A DNA stretch of 64,000 nt, from assembly GCA_049570475.1 (NCBI GenBank), contig CP186953.1, forward strand, positions 704,001 through 768,000. The letters run 5' to 3'. The notes under the pieces are model-generated. The model saw only the letters and a list, made by a program, of their open reading frames with translations, searched no databases and was not told where the DNA came from. Within the stretch, counting starts at the first letter, position 1. Every line of letters begins with the position of its first letter. The DNA is from Candidatus Methanosuratincola verstraetei (GTDB lineage: Archaea; Thermoproteota; Methanomethylicia; Methanomethylicales; Methanomethylicaceae). Below are positions 58,183-64,000 of this stretch, one piece after another. A program made the position numbers and the translations under genes.

Positions 58183-61056
58183 TCAGACCTTGGTCCTCGC
58201 CCTGCGGAGCTCCTGGAGCTCCTTCAAACCCTCTTCGACCTGGCGCCTTTCCTCTTCCGTCAGACCTAGGATGTCGTAGACGGCTTCATCCAGCTCTTTT
58301 TGCGCCCTCTTCTCGGCTTCTATGGCTTCCTTTAATTTTTTACAGGCTTCGATTTCGAGTATGCCAAGCTGCCCCTTCTTTGTGGACTTTATGCTCTCAA
58401 GGTATTCTTCGGCTTTAATGCGGTCAAAATTCGCGGCAACGAGCTTGTCGAATTTACAAGTCAGGATATTTGATTCGGCGTAGCTCAAAGAGGCGGGGTC
58501 AATAATAGGAAGGTCCTTCAACTCATAAACTTCGATCTTCAGCACTCCTCCGCCATAGGATCGTCCGTATAGTTCAACGATCAGTGACGACAATGTGGAG
58601 TTCAGGGAAGCCGCTATTACTGTTTTGCTGCTTTTATCGCATTTTACATAATGGATTATGTTTGGAGCTTGCGCATTAGCCTCATTGAGAAAAGCACGCG
58701 GTCTGAGATCGCTCATATATTGGAAGAGTATGCTAGGCGGGGTTGGTGTTGGTATTGAATACCACAATTTGCGTCCCTTAACGGTCTCTAACTCCGGAAG
58801 TTTTCTTCTTTCCCTCCTTGACCCCCTAATCACTTCTATTTCCATCGTCTCGCCGTATTCGATGTACTCCAGGGCCTTTGTTCCCTTCAGCTCCTCCTTA
58901 GGCTTGTCACACATGAAGAAGTACTCATCCACATCCTCGGGGCGGATCACTAAACCTTTGATCTTTTTAGGTGAAGAGACGCACGGAACTAGGAACTCGG
59001 GCTCTATTCCCCATTCCTTTTCTCTTTCCTTCGAGAGGATGAAGAACTCGTTGCACCCGGTCGTAGGACCCCTCACTATCTCAGCTACTTCACCCAAGGG
59101 CTTCATCTTAGGGTGGTTCAGCAGCTTCTTGAAGACGGGCGGGGCGCGAAGGTAGATATTCCACTTGCCCGGCTTCAGCTTGCCCTGCTTTATTACAGTA
59201 ACCCTAATTCTCTCATCGTCCAAGTCCTCCTCCGAACCCAATAACTTCAGGAGCTCTTCGTTGCCCATCCTCTGCTTTACCCTGACGAACCTGACGTAGT
59301 TCTCTTTCCTCTTCTCAGGGTCGCTCTCTTTTTGTAACACCACCACCGCCGTGTCTACCTCAGCATCCGGAAATACTGCCCTATCGAACTCTATCACGTA
59401 AAGGATCTTGACGTTCCTCAGCAGGAACTCTTGGAATGGCTCGCCATACCCAACCTCGAGCCATTTATTCGAAGAGATGTAGCCGAGCATTCCTCCCTGC
59501 TTAAGAAAGCGTATCGAGTGTATGTAGAAGTAGATGTAGATGTCGCTCATCCTGTCCAGGACTACTCCCTTCTTGTTTTTCGCCTGCCCAACGAACAGCT
59601 GGTCCTTGAACTCTGACTGGACCAGCTCGAAGATCTTCTTCTTCTCGGACTCGCCCAGGAGCTCCTGCCTTATGTAGGGAGGGTTCGCCACCACTGCGTC
59701 GAAGGAGTACGGGAAGACGACCTCTGCCCTGTCGCCTGCCGTGTCCATGCTGTCGAATCCCATCAGGACCTTCTGCCGCGGCTTGATGTCGAAGAAGTCG
59801 GAAACTGCAACGTTTATCTTGTCCACCTTTGCGTGGGGGTTCTGTATAGCCAGGTTGATTACAGATAGATGGGCGGGGAACTGGTTGATGTCCGTGCCGT
59901 ATACCTGGCCCAGCAGCTGCCTGTGGAAGGTCTCGCTGAGCGGGCCGGAAATTTCGCGCGGGATGCCGTTGAGCTCCCTCAGCCTGTGGTAGGCCCTCAC
60001 CAGGAAGGACCCGGACCCGCATGCGGGATCCAGCACCTTCGCCTCCTTCTCTTTGATCGTCAGTTTCACTATCAGATCCACTATGTCAGGGGGCGTGTAG
60101 AACTGACCCAGGCGCTTCCTCTCGACGGGCGGGATGAGCTTCTCGTAGACGCGGCCAAGGAAGTCGCTTTCCATCCTTGAGAAGTCGTACTCGTTGAGCG
60201 AGTCGATTAGGGTCCTGAACCTTTCCTTCGCCCTCTCGGTGAATGGGATATCGTTCATCAGGTCCGGCTGGTATATCGGCGCGTAGTCGATCTTCTGGAT
60301 GGCGTCATAGTGACTCGAAAGGACGGCGAAGACGTCTTCCTCTTCCCTCACAGATATGGGTGAAAGCTTGTCGGGGTATATCGCCCTCACCACGTTGTAG
60401 AAGAGGAGCTTGTTGATCTGCAGGTAGGTCGTCTGCTCCGCTATTTTCCTTACAGTCTCGTCGCCGTACTCCAGACCCTGGTCCTTCAGCCATTCCTGGA
60501 ACCTCTCGCGGAACTTCTCGTCCTTCAACTTCAGCCTAAGGGATGTGTGGAACTCTTCCTTCAGGTCTTCAAAGGCCTCGTGCAAGAGCTCGACCAGCGA
60601 GTCGTCGAGCGCCTTGGCAGACACTGGGGTTATGCCCAGGACGGCCTTGAGGACTTGATCTGCCCAGCCAGGGTTGCCGGATATCTCTACCGACGCGACC
60701 TCGCTCTCGTAAGCCTTCTTCCCCGGGATGACCTTGAATAGGACGAGGCGCTTCGGGTTGCACGTGGCGTAGAATGGATAGCCGCCGAGCGTTGCGTAAT
60801 TCGCGGCCTGCGCTATGACATCTGGGTCCCTCGGCTCTATCAGCCGCTCCACGCCGCCTATCTTCTTCTTGTACTTGGCTTCCAGGACGAGGACGCCCCT
60901 CCCGGCCCTCTCGACCACGAGGTCGGCCTTTCCCCCGTCGATCCGCTTCTCTGTGTGGAAGTCGAGCCCCAGGTTGAGGGATTTGTCGGCCACCTTAAGG
61001 TCGAAGAATAACCGGTTGGTGACGAAGTCAGACTCGGAAACGAGGAGGGCGGGCAT
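58183..61056 (-). CDS. Type IIG restriction-modification enzyme (REase, N6-A MTase and TRD in one chain)
   Basis: ADLVV...LEAK PD-(D/E)xK, GQFYTP, VLDPACGSGSFL, NPPY, C-terminal TRD. Confidence 0.9.
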   Translation of the reverse strand: MPALLVSESDFVTNRLFFDLKVADKSLNLGLDFHTEKRIDGGKADLVVERAGRGVLVLEAKYKKKIGGVERLIEPRDPDVIAQAANYATLGGYPFYATCNPKRLVLFKVIPGKKAYESEVASVEISGNPGWADQVLKAVLGITPVSAKALDDSLVELLHEAFEDLKEEFHTSLRLKLKDEKFRERFQEWLKDQGLEYGDETVRKIAEQTTYLQINKLLFYNVVRAIYPDKLSPISVREEEDVFAVLSSHYDAIQKIDYAPIYQPDLMNDIPFTERAKERFRTLIDSLNEYDFSRMESDFLGRVYEKLIPPVERKRLGQFYTPPDIVDLIVKLTIKEKEAKVLDPACGSGSFLVRAYHRLRELNGIPREISGPLSETFHRQLLGQVYGTDINQFPAHLSVINLAIQNPHAKVDKINVAVSDFFDIKPRQKVLMGFDSMDTAGDRAEVVFPYSFDAVVANPPYIRQELLGESEKKKIFELVQSEFKDQLFVGQAKNKKGVVLDRMSDIYIYFYIHSIRFLKQGGMLGYISSNKWLEVGYGEPFQEFLLRNVKILYVIEFDRAVFPDAEVDTAVVVLQKESDPEKRKENYVRFVRVKQRMGNEELLKLLGSEEDLDDERIRVTVIKQGKLKPGKWNIYLRAPPVFKKLLNHPKMKPLGEVAEIVRGPTTGCNEFFILSKEREKEWGIEPEFLVPCVSSPKKIKGLVIRPEDVDEYFFMCDKPKEELKGTKALEYIEYGETMEIEVIRGSRRERRKLPELETVKGRKLWYSIPTPTPPSILFQYMSDLRPRAFLNEANAQAPNIIHYVKCDKSSKTVIAASLNSTLSSLIVELYGRSYGGGVLKIEVYELKDLPIIDPASLSYAESNILTCKFDKLVAANFDRIKAEEYLESIKSTKKGQLGILEIEACKKLKEAIEAEKRAQKELDEAVYDILGLTEEERRQVEEGLKELQELRRARTKV

Positions 61057-61113
61057 TATGAGCACCGGTGGTATGAATTATTATGCTAACGGTATAAAAT
61101 AGTTAGTAATGTT

Positions 61114-61290
61114 TTACAATTCCTTCTCAATCTCTTCCAGCTTCTCGACCACGAGGTCGGCCTTTCCCCCGTCGATCCGCTTCTCTGTGTGGAAGTCGAG
61201 CCCCAGGTTGAGGGATTTGTCGGCCACCTTAAGGTCGAAGAATAACCGGTTTGTGATGAATTCAGGCTCGGTAGCGAGGTCAGGGCGCAT
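61114..61290 (-). pseudogene. 58-aa chimera: R-M N-terminus fused to a wHTH C-terminus
   Basis: 61143-61251 is identical to 60909-61017; 61126-61152 matches 62975-63001. Confidence 0.8.
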
Positions 61291-61430
61291 GAAATAACAC
61301 CATATGTTAATTAGTATAATATTATGTTGTATATATTAAAATTGTTTAATTTTATAAAAAGAGTGTAAATGAGCGAGCCAAGTCACTTTTTTTTAAAAAA
61401 AAGGAGGGTCGGATGCAATGAAACAAGAGG

Positions 61431-61655
61431 TCAACGTCTGGGAATTATGATGATTATTAGAAATATTACTATGGCAATGAAAATCATACCCATCCCTAGC
61501 CCGAACAGATTCGGAAGATCTATGCCAGTAATTGTATCAAGCTTATATGTAGCCAACCCGATCAAAGTGTAGAAGAAGCCAATGAAGAGCAGCAAAGGTA
61601 GAAACGTTCGAGGATTTATTAAGACTATTCCCACCCTCCTCTCACCTCCTAGCAT
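61431..61655 (-). CDS. small 2-TM membrane protein
   Basis: Two hydrophobic segments. Confidence 0.5.
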   Translation of the reverse strand: MLGGERRVGIVLINPRTFLPLLLFIGFFYTLIGLATYKLDTITGIDLPNLFGLGMGMIFIAIVIFLIIIIIPRR

Positions 61656-62086
61656 TAGAGGGGCGGCCCACGCGTAAAAAAAGAAAACTGCTAAATAGAG
61701 GCATGCTGTATAGTTGCTTGCAGTGCGTATGTGTGTATGTATGTTTGGTGGCGATGAACAATTTGTGAGCCGCCCTCCTCTATTATTACTGAAATAGATA
61801 GATTGCTCTAATCTTTTTAAAAGTTTTTTGAGTTATTAATTTAAAAAAATTGATAAAATTGGTTCTTAACGTTGGTACTTTTTCAAGCGTCTGTATCAAC
61901 TATCATAATCAAGTTTCCTAGACATTTTTAATTATAATGATTAAACAAATAGCATAAAATAAGAGTTAAACAAATTGACTTTTCACTGCTCTATTTTTTT
62001 TAATAAAAAAAGTTTCTGCGTGAGGTCCCTCTCTTTGCTAACTAATATCCCTCGTTGACCCATTAAATAAATTATTCGTAAAAACA

Positions 62087-62860
62087 TTATCCCTCAGAAT
62101 CGATTTTCCTTATAGCTGGCACAACTTCATTATTAAACATTTTTTCCCACTCCTCTTTTGTTGTGATCCTTGTTCTTTTTGTCCACGAGCCGTCTGGTTT
62201 TTGTACTTCACAATAAAAAAACGCCTTTTTACAGCCGAGATACATAAACCGCTTACCCTTGTACCATATAGAAAACCGATCGTACTGAATTGGCCTTATC
62301 TCAATTCCCTTATCGTCTAATTCCTTAAGACATTCGGCACAAAGTTGTCTTACTTTTTCATTTTCGATACGATTGAGGTTGCCTTCTCTTGTAGAAATAC
62401 GAGGTGGAGGAGGTTCGATTATTTCTACCTGGTGACAAAGAACATATCTTTGCCCATCGGGAGTTTTAATAACATGATATTCAAATAAATTCAAGTTCGC
62501 ATTTACGTATTTTACAACCCTTTTTAGATTTTCAGAAAAGGCTGGGGCGATGAGAATTAACCTTGGCTCTTCTTCGGCATCAACTTCCTTAAAGCTCTGA
62601 GAGATCAATTGAATGTTGGTTCTAGCCCAATCATAATAACGTAATCCTTGATCCAGTTGTCCATCATCAATCTCATTCTTCAACTCGATTATAGTCAATG
62701 CCCCATCCATATCTACAGCTAAGACGTCTAAGATTCCGCTGTCGGTTTTTATTTGCCGTCCTAAAATTCTCATACCCTCTTCAATAGCCTCTGGGTCTTC
62801 ATTTAAAAGATCCTCAAGTTCTTTCTCGCTGACTTCTGCTTCTTCAATTTTGGATGGCAT
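62087..62860 (-). CDS. NucS/DUF91-like PD-(D/E)xK endonuclease domain protein
   Basis: EKELED, ILDVLAVD, IIELK, QGLRY, LILIAP. Confidence 0.82.
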   Translation of the reverse strand: MPSKIEEAEVSEKELEDLLNEDPEAIEEGMRILGRQIKTDSGILDVLAVDMDGALTIIELKNEIDDGQLDQGLRYYDWARTNIQLISQSFKEVDAEEEPRLILIAPAFSENLKRVVKYVNANLNLFEYHVIKTPDGQRYVLCHQVEIIEPPPPRISTREGNLNRIENEKVRQLCAECLKELDDKGIEIRPIQYDRFSIWYKGKRFMYLGCKKAFFYCEVQKPDGSWTKRTRITTKEEWEKMFNNEVVPAIRKIDSEG

Positions 62861-62959
62861 TTTTCCCCCTCTTTATTATTCTTAAATAATTGCAATATGG
62901 ACTAACAGATTTCGCTCTTTCCTCAAATTCGATCAGTTTTTCCTGCTTAGATTTATAAC

Positions 62960-63221
62960 TCAAGTAAGCAGCACCTCAATCTCTTCCAGCTTCTCGGCCA
63001 CCTTCTTCCCCTTCTCGGTGAGCGATATGAGGCGCCTCCGTGGGAAGGTCTCTTCAAGTTCCTCCTGGATCAAACCCATTTCTAATAAACGCTTAACATT
63101 ATTATAAACGGTTTGATTGCTCAGGTCAGATTTCTCGCGGAGGTCCAAAAGCGATAATCGTCCATACTTGAGGAGTGATCATTAAAACGCCTGCCTCATC
63201 TATGATGATCTTCCTTTGCAT
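62960..63221 (-). pseudogene. winged-helix regulator, frameshifted near 63178
   Basis: MQRKIIIDEAGVLMI and LLKYGRLSLLDLREKSDLSNQTVYNNVKRLLEMGLI...LTEKG lie in different frames. Confidence 0.65.
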
Positions 63222-63345
63222 TCACTACTTATTGATATGCAGATATTAGACTTTAAAATAGATGATTACTATCTTAATTACAGATAGCAGAATCTTTTAT
63301 ATGTTTTCATCTAATATTTGGATAGCAGAAGGTGAATGAGAGGGA

Positions 63346-63774
63346 TTATGTGAGTGTAGATGCCGACCCCGAGATGCCGCGCTGATCAGTAGGAGGGCCG
63401 GGATGGAGCACGAGCGCCAAGTCTGGGCAGCTAAGCCTGAAGGTGGACGCGATGTCGCTCCCGAGGTAGTCGCGGAAGTAAGCCCTCATCGCCTTGATGT
63501 AGTTGTCCCTGGTGCTGCCGTTCTCTACGTAAGCCGGGAAGTCCCTGAGCTGCACCCTCGTCGGGTTGGGGCCGCAAAATTCGAGGATTCGCCTGATCGT
63601 ATACCTGTTCCGCTCCACCGTCCTGGCAGAGAGCCGCAGATCCACCCTGCAGAACTTGAGGAACTCGTCGAGCTGTACCGTACAACTGCGGCCATCTGTA
63701 CCGTACAAGTTTCGCTTCTGTTGAAAAAGCGTCTTTCTTGGTGAAGCTTCTTTGACGCCGACAAAGAAGGTTCG
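63346..63774 (-). pseudogene. integrase C-terminal fragment intC (core-binding domain, catalytic domain lost)
   Basis: LDEFLKFCRVDLRLSARTVERNRY...STRDNYIKAMRAYFRDYL, in frame with the att peptide. Confidence 0.82.
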
Positions 63775-63775
63775 A

Positions 63776-63851
63776 TGGTGGGCCGAGCCGGATTCGAACC
63801 GGCGACCACCGCCGTGTAAGGGCGGGATCCTAACCGCTAGACTATCGGCCC
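63776..63851 (-). tRNA. tRNA-Val(TAC)
   Basis: CCGCC-CT TAC AC-GGCGG arm, encoded CCA. Confidence 0.96.
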
Positions 63852-64000
63852 CTAGCAACCGTAAAAATGAAAACGCCTTTAAAACTTTATTCTGCTTCTT
63901 TCAGGTTGTTTTCAATTTCCTCAATCTTTTTCCTAAGAATGAAGACTATGTCCTGATTGTTCAGGCTATCTAGTCTCCCGCCACATGAAGGGCATTGAAA

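Larger units (their letters stand above)
56038..63823 (-). mobile_element. defective SSV-type integrated element in tRNA-Val(TAC)
   Basis: 49-bp direct repeats (56038-56086 and 63775-63823), split integrase halves at both ends, defence cargo. Confidence 0.9.

Noticed and set aside
63346-63858. 170-aa ORF as an independent gene
   Set aside because: It starts upstream of tRNA-Val and runs through it; only the part after att is integrase-derived
1-64000. Many long antisense or alternate-frame ORFs (e.g. 49-783, 16741-17493, 18455-19312, 40102-40989, 48816-49661)
   Set aside because: They are shadows of well-supported genes in GC-rich coding DNA and carry no recognisable motifs
1-64000. CRISPR array or rRNA
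   Set aside because: No regularly spaced repeats, cas genes or rRNA signatures seen

Overview
Archaeal chromosome segment. Archaeal translation and topoisomerase VI genes, BHB-intron tRNAs and methanogenesis markers 4 and 11 together suggest a TACK-type methanogen, most likely Methanomethylicia/Verstraetearchaeota (inference). Core content: the aro/phe/tyr operon, the aIF-1A-RIO1-KH-topoVI cluster, vapBC, six tRNAs (tRNA-Leu(TAA) has two introns), an AT-rich surface-glycosylation island ending in aglH/alg7 plus split alg14-alg13, and an amtB-glnK-glutamate synthase block. Main findings: (1) a minus-strand aksA-mtxX ... aksD-aksE-ThDP enzyme-mmp11-GMC gene set that may encode the unassigned late steps of coenzyme B biosynthesis; (2) a 7.8-kb defective element in tRNA-Val with a split SSV-type integrase, carrying a Type IIG R-M gene and a NucS-like nuclease; (3) a related decayed element in tRNA-Arg whose distal att abuts a ~280-nt highly structured non-coding sequence; (4) IS5 relics and several duplication or deletion scars. 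All calls come from reading motifs by eye; no database searches were run.
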